Shown: piece by piece, positions 7,188 through 15,326 of the stretch | How positions within the stretch are numbered: the first letter of the stretch is position 1 | How the letters are laid out: the number at the start of each line of letters is the position of its first letter | Assembly (NCBI GenBank): GCA_049317705.1 | Contig: JBMOHT010000049.1 | Span: forward strand, 1-23,144 | Length of the DNA: 23,144 bases | Reading direction: 5' to 3' | Origin: Bacteroidota bacterium | Lineage (GTDB): Bacteria; Bacteroidota; Ignavibacteria; UBA10030; UBA8401 | The notes under the pieces: generated by a model | The model's input: only the letters and a program-made list of their open reading frames with translations | What the model was told of the DNA's origin: nothing | The model's database searches: none | Position numbers and translations under genes: made by a program

Positions 7188-10100
7188 GGCTGTAATAGTT
7201 GGTGCATCAGTTTGAGCAATGTATCGATCATGAATGGTTTTGTGATAAAGTTCTCCCGCGGAAGACCCAACTCATCCATCACTTTCACATTGGCATGGAT
7301 ACCGCTCATCATGATGATGTGCGGATTTTCGTTCATGGTACGGATCGCACGGACGGTCGATGGACCATCCATATGCGGCATCATCACATCGAGTATAACG
7401 ACCTTTATTTCCGACTTGTTCGAGGCATAAATGCCGAGCGCTTCCGCGCCATTCGATGCGGTAATGACCTTGTAGTGATAATCCTCCAGAGTCGCTTTGG
7501 AGATATTTCTGATCACTTCTTCGTCGTCCACCAACAGGATGGTCTCACCGTTTCCGCTCGGAAAATCTCCGCTCTTTTCGATGATACTGTTGATATTCGC
7601 GGAAGTTGTCGCCGGAAGGAATATCTGGAACGTGGTCCCCATGCCCACTTCGGATTCAAGGACGATGAATCCTTTATGCGCCTTAATGATGGCTGCGACA
7701 TTGAACAATCCGAGTCCGGTCCCTTTGCCGACCTCTTTTGTCGTGAAGAATGGATCGTAGATCTTTTTGATGATAGCGGAAGGGATACCGATACCAGAAT
7801 CTGCAACGGTGATGCGGCAGTACGGTCCGACCTTTGCGTCGATGTTGATGTGTGTCGACATCTCGTCGAGAATGACATTGTCCGCACGGATCTCCAGCCG
7901 GCCGCCAGCGGGCATCGCATCGCGGGCATTGACACAGAGATTCAGGAGCACCTGATGCATCTGTGTGGGATTGGCAAGGATGGGGAACAATTCACGCGAC
8001 GGGAAGAATTCGGCCCGAATCATCTTCGGGAATGTTTCGTTGATCAAGCGTTCCAATTCACGGATGATATGCTTCATCTGAACGACCATTGTATCCTGCT
8101 GATTCACGCGGGAGAATCCGAGGATCTGTTTAATCAGGTCGGAACCGCGGAGGATATTCGACTTGAGCATCTTATTGATCTCACGGGATTTATCATCCAT
8201 CAGGACGCGGTCAAAATACGAGAGTGATATGAGGATAGGACCGAGGATATTATTCATATCATGCGCAATACCGCTGGCAAGAGTACCGATACTTTCCAAC
8301 CGCTGGCTGTGCGATGCCTGGTCCTGCATCTGACGGCTCTTGGTGATATCCGAAATGACATAGAGGACGGATCGTGTTCCGGTGGAATCATCCGTAATAA
8401 TTGTTGCGCGGATATGGACCCAGATGTTCCCTTTGGACTTGGTCTTATGTTCCTGGTCCTGTTCCCAATTCATCCCTGACTTTATCATCTCGAAAGATTC
8501 GTTCTGACCGGAAGAAACATTAAAGAAGAAACCGCTGAGTGCTTTAGAATTCAGTTCGTCCTTCGAATATCCGTACAACTGTTCGACACTGTCGTTGGTG
8601 TATACGATCGATTCGTCAAGATCCGTCACAACGATGGCGTCACTTGCCTGATCGAGATAGAAGGACATATCTTTGATGCGTCCTTCCGCAAGCGTCAGAC
8701 GCTGCGTCGTTAACTGTTCACGTTCCTTGAGCAGCTGTTCTGCTTGTTTCTGTGTTGTGATATCCTCAAAGATATAGAAGCGTCCGAAGTATTGGCCGTG
8801 CTCTCCGACGATCTGCGTGGAGAAACGACGGATGGTGCTGTTCGATTTGAACTGTATCTCATCCTCTAAGACCGCAGTATTTGAGGGATCTTGAAGAGGG
8901 ACACACGTTTCGGCGAACGCCGCCGGATCCTCAAGAATAGGTATACAATACGGGATGATGTCATTATTCTTCATCGCACCTGTCCGCATCTTCTCTTCCA
9001 GATGAGTTATTCCCCAGAGTTCACAGAACCGGCGGTTGAAATAGAGGATACGATCGTCCCGGTTGTCCACGACAAGAAATCCGAGAGGCGAAGAAGTTGC
9101 CATCATTTGCAGCAGTGATGCATTCCATTCCAGTGCCGCTTCATTCTTCCTTCGTTCCGTGATATCCTGTTTGATGGCGATAAAATTCTCGATAAAGCCC
9201 AAGGAGTTCTTGATGGGAGAGATGATATCATATTCGATATAGATCTCGCCGTTCTTCTTCCGGTTGATCACTTCGCCCTGCCATACAATCCCTTCGGTGA
9301 TGGTCTTCCACATATCACTATAGAGTTCCGGCGACGTCTGACCGGATTTCATCACGCGCATGTTCTTTCCGAGGAGTTCCCCCTGTGAATATCCTGTGAC
9401 CTCGCTGAAGTGCGGATTGACGTACTGAATGGTGCCGTGTTGGTCCGTAATGACGATCATCGCAAAACTTTGTTCAATGGCAACGGACATTTTTTTGATC
9501 TGCTGTTCCGATTCGACGCGCTGAGTGATATCGGACAGCGTTCCGATCATCCGAAGCGGCATTCCTTTCGCATTACGTTCAACGATCTTTCCTCGGTCAA
9601 GCGTCCAAATGATCGAACTATCTTTCCGGATCATCCGGTGTTCGGACGCATAGGATTCGGTCTCGCCGTTAATATGTCTTTCTACTTTCTTCAAGGTCTC
9701 ATCCACATCCAGCGGATGGACACGATCCTTCCATTCGCTGAGATTGTCGCTCACCTCATCATTCTCAATTCCAATCATCTCCTTCCATCGCTGCGACAGG
9801 AAGAGAGTGCTCTCTTCAATATTCCAGTCATACATTCCATCGTTGCTCGCCTCGAATGCAAACTTCAGCCGCTGCTCATTCTCGTGCAAAGCCAATTCGG
9901 CCCGTTTGCGGTCGGTAATATCCCTGATGATTGAGAGGGCTTCATTATTGGACAATGCGATGAGTCTGTCCTCGAAATACCGGAGGCCGTCTGCCATGGG
10001 AAGTGAATATTCGAACAGTTCCATGGATTTTGAAATGAATGAACGTTCCATGGAGGCAATGGCCTGATCTGAAATATGCGGCGGAAGGATGTCCTTGATA

Positions 10101-12781
10101 TTCTTCCCGAGAAACTGTTCCGGAGGGATATACAGATCGGACTTATTCGTGACACGACAGTCCAAGAAAATACCCGATCGGGTTATACGGAACATCAGAT
10201 CGGGCACGGCATCCACAATAGCCTTATTCTCCTCTTCACTCCGGCGCAGATCCTCTTCGCTACGAAGCCGCTCAGTGATGTCGCGGATCGTCACGATGAT
10301 ACCCTCGGGACCGTGATTGGTGTCGAACAGTGCCGAACAACGGATCTCGGACTGGAACGACTTTCCGTCTTTTTTCAACAATGCCGCTGATACATCGGTC
10401 AATGTCTTTTTTTCAAAGATATGATCGAACACCGCTTTCCCCGTCAACCGGTCATCCTCCGTGAACAGGTCCAGAGCACTCAATCCGAGCATCTCATCAT
10501 TGGAACCGTAACCGAACAGCTTCATACACTCGAAATTCACCAACGCGAGAGAGCCGGCTTTATCGAAGAATGCAATGGCATCCGGAGAGGATTCGATCAA
10601 CGCTCTGTTGCGTTCCTCGATCTGATGGAGGAGCTGTTCGGTCTTTTTTCGTTCCGTAATGTCGCGGGTAACGCCGATAATAACACTCTTATTATTCCAT
10701 GTTCCCAATGCGATACTGGTTTCCACATCGATGCGGTGACCGGATTTGGATATCAATGGGACGGGGCAATACTTCGTTTGTCCCGCGATCATCTCCCCCA
10801 CGATCCTCAATGCTTCCTCCCTCCGTTCGGGAACATGCAACTCGATAACATTCATCGTCCGGAGTTCTTCGATGGAAAATCCCAGCCGTTCCAGCACCAC
10901 TTTGTTCACCTCGAGAATCGTACCTTTTTCGTCCAGCACGAACATAAAATCGTTGATCGAATTGAACAACGCATTGACATTCCTCTGATTCTGGCGAAGG
11001 GATTCTTCGATGCGTTGAGAATAGATCGCTTTTCCGATCTCTTCCGCGATCGAATTCAGGATCCTTCGATCGTCGGGAGTGAACGGACGATACCGTTTCG
11101 TAGCGATATTGATCGAACCACCGACGGATTTGCCGACAAAGAACGGAATGATAGCGGCCGACGTGAATCCGAACTTTTTTCCTTTCGTCGTCTCGGAGTA
11201 TATCGGCTGCCCCTTGATAAGCACCGTTGTGTACGGTTCAGCGGTCAACGGAATTACTGAGACCTCCTTGATGAATTCTTCGGGAAGGTTGATGGATGTA
11301 TGAAGGACGCCGGAGTTCTTTTCGCGATCGATGAGATAGATACCTCCGCCGTCGAAACTGAACAGATTCAGTGTCAATTCAAGATAACGATGCAGCAGAT
11401 CGGCGGACGACGACGTATGTTCGAGTGTATCGTTAAGGACGGTGGCAAATTCGATCCTTTCGGAAAGAAGACGGTATTTATATTCGATCTCTTTCGGTTC
11501 TGAAATGTCCGAGCAGGAACCGATGAATCCGAAAAATTCGTTCGTCGGAGAATACTTCGGAACAGCATTGATCTGGATCCACCGATAGGAGCCGTCATAC
11601 CTCAGCAGGCGAATCTGAATGTTCATTGGTCTTCGCGCTTCAAAGCAGGAATGAAATACCTGTTCGAAATTCTCTTTGTCGCCCAATTGAATGGAACCGA
11701 ACCATCCATCCTCACATTCCTGTGCGAACGAATGTCCGGTAAAATCGAGCCAGCTCTTATTGAAGAAGTTAAATTTCTGCGACTGATCGGTCATCCACAT
11801 CATCACCGGAACACTCTCAACCACACTATGAAAAAGGTTCTCGCTCTCCAGTAATTGTTTATCCTGTCTGAACCGTTCAATGGCATTGATGATCGAGTCA
11901 CCAAGAAGACGGAGCAGGTCCATCGTTTCGTCAATAAATGTCCGTTCTTCCTTTACAGCATCGAAACCGATAAAGCCGACAAGACGCGATGCATAGATGA
12001 GCGGAACCACTGCGAGTGATTTGATCATCTGAGGTTCGAGGATCTCCCTCTCCGCCACCGCTTCCGGCGGAAGTTCGTCGAGTGACCTCAGCGCAATATT
12101 CTCGAACCGTTTCATCTTCCCCATCCACCACGGCAAGATCTCCGCGGGAATGCCCTGCAGATTTTCGATCTGCGGATCTATGCCATGTGCACACCATTCA
12201 TGAGTATTGTCCATGACCGTATCGTTCATGCTCAGCATAAAAATATATGAACGGTCGACATGCATCAGATCACCAATTTCGGCGAGACCAGAATTGATCT
12301 GACGGTTCAGGTCCTGAGATGATACAAGGATGAAATCTTTCGAAATACGCGAGATGGTCGCATGCAGAGTTTTATGGAACGAGACCAGCTGTTTGGCTCG
12401 GGCGTCCTCCGTGATATCCAGGAAGATCACCATGATATGATTCGTATTCCTGTCGGGAATAGTACGGATCTCGAAGATGCAGGGGTGCGTATCGACGGGG
12501 ATCTCTACGATCAGTTTATCCGATGAATCCTTTCTGTCTGTATTGACGATCAGATCTTTGATCTTTGAAGCAAGTGTAGCGGGGAAGATCTTATCCAGCG
12601 GGAGCCCGATGAGTTGTTGAAGTTGTGACTGAACGGTATCATTTTTTCCTGTAAAATACGTCCTGAGATATCCTTGAACGTCGAACCACGTTATGATCTC
12701 GGATATCCGTTGAAATTCTTTGAAAAAAATATATTCTACCGATGAGATAGACTTTCGTGCTTTAAAAATACTGTCCGCCAT
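7184..12781 (-). CDS. Giant multi-sensor hybrid histidine kinase (2 GAF, ~9 PAS/PAC, HisKA, HATPase_c, C-terminal REC)
   Basis: 1865 aa. I count nine PAC-end motifs of the D-I-T/S-x-x-K/R type (for example RDITERKK, RDITDRKR, QDITERRK). The two GAF-like segments are DRSYIFML...VGFIGFDAV and FDGGGIYLID...GGSINIAT. The H-box is LASGIAHDMNNIL. ATPase motifs are LNLCVNARDAM, DSGIGI and GTGLGL. The REC motifs are ILLVDDEE, VILDVMMPHMDG and FITKPF. AAGGA lies 4 nt upstream of the ATG. Confidence 0.9.
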   Translation of the reverse strand: MADSIFKARKSISSVEYIFFKEFQRISEIITWFDVQGYLRTYFTGKNDTVQSQLQQLIGLPLDKIFPATLASKIKDLIVNTDRKDSSDKLIVEIPVDTHPCIFEIRTIPDRNTNHIMVIFLDITEDARAKQLVSFHKTLHATISRISKDFILVSSQDLNRQINSGLAEIGDLMHVDRSYIFMLSMNDTVMDNTHEWCAHGIDPQIENLQGIPAEILPWWMGKMKRFENIALRSLDELPPEAVAEREILEPQMIKSLAVVPLIYASRLVGFIGFDAVKEERTFIDETMDLLRLLGDSIINAIERFRQDKQLLESENLFHSVVESVPVMMWMTDQSQKFNFFNKSWLDFTGHSFAQECEDGWFGSIQLGDKENFEQVFHSCFEARRPMNIQIRLLRYDGSYRWIQINAVPKYSPTNEFFGFIGSCSDISEPKEIEYKYRLLSERIEFATVLNDTLEHTSSSADLLHRYLELTLNLFSFDGGGIYLIDREKNSGVLHTSINLPEEFIKEVSVIPLTAEPYTTVLIKGQPIYSETTKGKKFGFTSAAIIPFFVGKSVGGSINIATKRYRPFTPDDRRILNSIAEEIGKAIYSQRIEESLRQNQRNVNALFNSINDFMFVLDEKGTILEVNKVVLERLGFSIEELRTMNVIELHVPERREEALRIVGEMIAGQTKYCPVPLISKSGHRIDVETSIALGTWNNKSVIIGVTRDITERKKTEQLLHQIEERNRALIESSPDAIAFFDKAGSLALVNFECMKLFGYGSNDEMLGLSALDLFTEDDRLTGKAVFDHIFEKKTLTDVSAALLKKDGKSFQSEIRCSALFDTNHGPEGIIVTIRDITERLRSEEDLRRSEEENKAIVDAVPDLMFRITRSGIFLDCRVTNKSDLYIPPEQFLGKNIKDILPPHISDQAIASMERSFISKSMELFEYSLPMADGLRYFEDRLIALSNNEALSIIRDITDRKRAELALHENEQRLKFAFEASNDGMYDWNIEESTLFLSQRWKEMIGIENDEVSDNLSEWKDRVHPLDVDETLKKVERHINGETESYASEHRMIRKDSSIIWTLDRGKIVERNAKGMPLRMIGTLSDITQRVESEQQIKKMSVAIEQSFAMIVITDQHGTIQYVNPHFSEVTGYSQGELLGKNMRVMKSGQTSPELYSDMWKTITEGIVWQGEVINRKKNGEIYIEYDIISPIKNSLGFIENFIAIKQDITERRKNEAALEWNASLLQMMATSSPLGFLVVDNRDDRILYFNRRFCELWGITHLEEKMRTGAMKNNDIIPYCIPILEDPAAFAETCVPLQDPSNTAVLEDEIQFKSNSTIRRFSTQIVGEHGQYFGRFYIFEDITTQKQAEQLLKEREQLTTQRLTLAEGRIKDMSFYLDQASDAIVVTDLDESIVYTNDSVEQLYGYSKDELNSKALSGFFFNVSSGQNESFEMIKSGMNWEQDQEHKTKSKGNIWVHIRATIITDDSTGTRSVLYVISDITKSRQMQDQASHSQRLESIGTLASGIAHDMNNILGPILISLSYFDRVLMDDKSREINKMLKSNILRGSDLIKQILGFSRVNQQDTMVVQMKHIIRELERLINETFPKMIRAEFFPSRELFPILANPTQMHQVLLNLCVNARDAMPAGGRLEIRADNVILDEMSTHINIDAKVGPYCRITVADSGIGIPSAIIKKIYDPFFTTKEVGKGTGLGLFNVAAIIKAHKGFIVLESEVGMGTTFQIFLPATTSANINSIIEKSGDFPSGNGETILLVDDEEVIRNISKATLEDYHYKVITASNGAEALGIYASNKSEIKVVILDVMMPHMDGPSTVRAIRTMNENPHIIMMSGIHANVKVMDELGLPRENFITKPFMIDTLLKLMHQLLQP

Positions 12782-12824
12782 ACCGTCCTTAAAGTAATCA
12801 ATGATCTATTCGATCATAACTACC

Positions 12825-12839
12825 TCAATTTTTGAGCCA
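12825..12839 (-). promoter_or_regulatory. Candidate sigma-54 (-24/-12) promoter for the giant-kinase operon
   Basis: The minus strand reads TGGCTC-AAAAA-TTGA, against the consensus TGGCAC-N5-TTGC. The -12 element lies about 44 nt upstream of the ATG at 12781. Confidence 0.35.
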
Positions 12840-12862
12840 CAATTATTACGGTGGAAATTGTG

Positions 12863-12880
12863 AAAAAACGGTGTCACCGT
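12863..12880 (-). terminator. Weak candidate intrinsic terminator after the upstream three-gene signalling operon
   Basis: The minus strand reads acggtgacaccgt followed directly by TTTTTT. The stem is only 5-6 bp, so this is weak. Confidence 0.25.
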
Positions 12881-12890
12881 GTCGCCAAAC

Positions 12891-12975
12891 ATTGTCATTT
12901 GTCCACACATGTTTACATAATGACAATTGGTGTATAGTGTTCATTCGGGATATGATTGTCCGTTTACAAGACAAT
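12891..12975. promoter_or_regulatory. Two inverted-repeat sites sharing ATTGTC/GACAAT half-sites (candidate activator or operator sites)
   Basis: The first site is ATTGTCAT (12891-12898), 21 nt, ATGACAAT (12920-12927). The second is ATTGTC (12955-12960), 9 nt, GACAAT (12970-12975). GTTTACA precedes both right arms (12911-12917 and 12962-12968). The sites lie 52-136 bp upstream of the candidate -24 element. Confidence 0.45.
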
Positions 12976-13037
12976 ACATCGGAGGAAGGGAGAGCAAATA
13001 CGAAGAGAGTGACTGACCAGTTCCGTTGACGACCGAT

Positions 13038-13439
13038 TCAGTGAACCGATATTCCTTCCGGCAGCAGAAGCAGTTCGTGTCGCAAAAAATCCATCAGCAT
13101 TGATTTATCGAAGTAGGTATCCGCACCGGCCTCAAGAGCGAAATCCGCATAAAGTGCTCCCTCATAGAATGACGAAACGGCGATCCTGCCGGTGTAGGAC
13201 TGTTGACGGAGCAGTTTCACTACATCGACCAGATGCATCCCCTCGATGGAGAAGTCGATGATCAGAAGTTCGGGTGAATGTTCGGTGCAATACTGCAGCA
13301 GTTTGTCCGCGCAATGCATCGGGATCCACAGTATGTCCGAATAGAGATCATTCAGGATAGGATCGATCCGTTCGAGGAACCATGAGTTTCCGTCCGCGAT
13401 CACGACTGAATGCCGGTGTGTGTTTTGTTGTGCGTACAT
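13038..13439 (-). CDS. Single-domain receiver (CheY-like) protein with an atypical acidic pocket
   Basis: 133 aa. SVVIADGNSW (beta-1 carries one Asp rather than DD), ELLIIDFSIEG (acceptor Asp), RIAVSS, YFDKS (conserved Lys). It starts 3 nt after the upstream stop. Confidence 0.6.
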   Translation of the reverse strand: MYAQQNTHRHSVVIADGNSWFLERIDPILNDLYSDILWIPMHCADKLLQYCTEHSPELLIIDFSIEGMHLVDVVKLLRQQSYTGRIAVSSFYEGALYADFALEAGADTYFDKSMLMDFLRHELLLLPEGISVH

Positions 13440-13442
13440 TTG

Positions 13443-14657
13443 TCACTCCATACGGTTATGTTTAACGGACCGAAGTTCTTCCGGTCTATCCTTTGAAAGA
13501 AGCGGAATGAGGATGGAGACTGTGGTTCCATTGTTCACACTTGAATCGAACGTAATGATCCCAGCGTGGACATCTACGATCAGTTTGATGAGAGATAATC
13601 CGAGCCCCATACCGTGCTGCTGCATCGATTTCTTGTTGAACTGCATAAACTGTCCGATCTCTTCCAACTGCGGCTGCGACATACCGCAACCGTTATCCTT
13701 CACCGTGATGCGCACGACCGGACCCTCGCATTTTACCTGAAGTGAGATGAGACTGTCTTCCGGAGAGAATTTCAGTGCATTGTCCACGACCTCACTGATA
13801 ACCTTCTCCAGGTATTCCGCGGAGATGCAGATATTGGAGTCAAGATCGATCGTGGTGGTAAGACAATGTTCCCGAACATATTTTCGTGCGGTATTCCGTG
13901 CGACACTCTCGATGAGCAAACCCGCATCGTACTGGAGTTTTTCCTTTGAGAATTTCGCAATGACATTCTGATGCGTGAGAAGATAAGTATAGATTGAGAT
14001 TTTTTCGAAGATGGCTTGAAGCTGGCTTGCCCCTTTCGAAATGGAAGAACCGATACGTTTCAGTTTATGCTGGTCGATATCCTTCGTCAGTTCCGTGAGA
14101 ATGAATGAGTTTCCCGAAATAATATGGAGCGGATTGTATAGTTCGGACGGGAACACCTTCTGGATACTCTCCCGGAGTGTATCCAGGCGCTCCTCGGCAT
14201 ATTTTTTGATACGCATCAGGCGCTCTTCCTGGGCATAGAACACATTAATGAGATCCTCCACGGCAAACGGCTTCTCAAGAATATCCTCCGCACCGAGCCA
14301 CATAGCCCTCCGCACAACGAACGTATCAACTAATCCGGACATGAGAATGAACGGCACCATGGAATATCTTTCGTTGACATGGATCTCCTGAAGCAGATCA
14401 AAACCGCTTTTTCCATCCATGTGGATATCGCAGAGGATCAGGTCGATCTTCTTGTCGTGATACTCATCGAGGGAATTCTTGCCGTTGCTCAGAAAGACGA
14501 CATATTTACGCTCGATGAGTTCCAACTCCAGCGACTTCAGCCAAAATTCGTCATCATCGATAATCAAAATATTATTGATCAATCTTGTCTCCGTAGAGAA
14601 TCGATGCTCCATCTGGACAGATGGTTCGTGCTTCAAGGGAAGAAATTGAGAGATCAT
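13443..14657 (-). CDS. REC-fused histidine-kinase-like protein (REC, DHp-like region, HATPase_c) with a non-canonical H-box
   Basis: 404 aa. REC motifs: ILIIDDDE, LILCDIHMDGKSG, ILEKPF. The H-box-like segment is FPSELYNPLHIISG. ATPase motifs: VVDNALKFS, DNGCGM, GMGLGLSL. Its start overlaps the upstream stop (14654-14657). Confidence 0.8.
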   Translation of the reverse strand: MISQFLPLKHEPSVQMEHRFSTETRLINNILIIDDDEFWLKSLELELIERKYVVFLSNGKNSLDEYHDKKIDLILCDIHMDGKSGFDLLQEIHVNERYSMVPFILMSGLVDTFVVRRAMWLGAEDILEKPFAVEDLINVFYAQEERLMRIKKYAEERLDTLRESIQKVFPSELYNPLHIISGNSFILTELTKDIDQHKLKRIGSSISKGASQLQAIFEKISIYTYLLTHQNVIAKFSKEKLQYDAGLLIESVARNTARKYVREHCLTTTIDLDSNICISAEYLEKVISEVVDNALKFSPEDSLISLQVKCEGPVVRITVKDNGCGMSQPQLEEIGQFMQFNKKSMQQHGMGLGLSLIKLIVDVHAGIITFDSSVNNGTTVSILIPLLSKDRPEELRSVKHNRME

Positions 14658-15127
14658 ATATACCTATCGATTGAATGGTGTTCCGGAGTGGTTGCATGAT
14701 ACATATTTACGTGATGCGTTTGCTCCGGGACAGTCTGTGTGCGTATGTATTCCATGAGTAGTTGAATCCGTTCGATCACATCGCTTTTGCGGAGGAACCG
14801 AACGTATGAAAAATGTTCCTGTGAATTGAGTGCCTCGTTGGGTTCATCGAGTAAAAGAATGAACTGCAGATCGGGATGGTATCTCCTCAATTCATAAGAC
14901 TTATTGAGGATCCTTTTGATGTTTTCCGAACCTTCCAGCATGATCATGGAGACTTTCTTCTGCTGGAGCCGGGGCATAGCCGCGATGAGCATATCCGCTG
15001 TCATCTCTTCCGCCGTCATGTTCACAAATTTAAAGAACCGTTCGAGCGGATAGTTCAGGTCGTTATCACTGCAGACAACAATTACATTATCCGTGAACTC
15101 ATTTTCTCTTAATATTTGATTTTTCAT
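14654..15127 (-). CDS. Hypothetical protein; probable pseudo-receiver (REC-like fold with Glu at the phospho-acceptor position)
   Basis: 157 aa. Manual alignment to REC gives NVIVVCSDND (beta-1), VSMIMLEGS (beta-3, E65 in place of Asp), QFILLLDE (beta-4) and YVRFLRKS (beta-5 Lys). This is a weak, manual call. Confidence 0.45.
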   Translation of the reverse strand: MKNQILRENEFTDNVIVVCSDNDLNYPLERFFKFVNMTAEEMTADMLIAAMPRLQQKKVSMIMLEGSENIKRILNKSYELRRYHPDLQFILLLDEPNEALNSQEHFSYVRFLRKSDVIERIQLLMEYIRTQTVPEQTHHVNMYHATTPEHHSIDRYI

Positions 15128-15182
15128 TTTATGTTCCCCATGCGAACATGAAGTTCAACACCTATCTCTGACCACACCATAT

Positions 15183-15197
15183 CCAAACAATATGCCA
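15183..15197 (-). promoter_or_regulatory. Candidate sigma-54 (-24/-12) promoter for the pseudo-receiver / REC-kinase / receiver operon
   Basis: The minus strand reads TGGCAT-ATTGT-TTGG, against TGGCAC-N5-TTGC. It lies about 56 nt upstream of the ATG at 15127, in a 199-bp intergenic gap. Confidence 0.3.
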
Positions 15198-15326
15198 ATC
15201 GATAATCACGATTTTGCCTTGGTTTTTGGTACTTTTATATCCTGGTCCGATAATTCGGGAAACGTTCGTTTCGTTCGGTGAACTTTCATTTCCCTGTATT
15301 GCCGGTGTTCGAACACGCACACAAGA

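Noticed and set aside
7199-8227. Long plus-strand ORFs antisense to the kinase and regulator genes. Examples are 7199-8227 (342 aa), 10421-11260 (279 aa), 4159-4734 (191 aa), 9410-9934, 15498-15989, 19611-20129 and 21760-22194.
   Set aside because: Each lies wholly inside a minus-strand gene with clear domain content. Their translations are low-complexity (rich in D/H/R/F) with no recognisable motifs, and they lack ribosome-binding sites. They are typical shadow ORFs.
12832-13029. A 65-aa plus-strand ORF in the intergenic region. It has two C-x6-C motifs (CEKTVSPC and CLHNDNWC), the only non-overlapping plus-strand ORF in the window.
   Set aside because: It starts at a TTG without a Shine-Dalgarno sequence and would be the sole plus-strand gene. 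Its Cys codons derive from the TTGTC/GACAA inverted repeats, which are better explained as DNA-level regulatory sites. It was not pursued, though ribosome profiling could revisit it.
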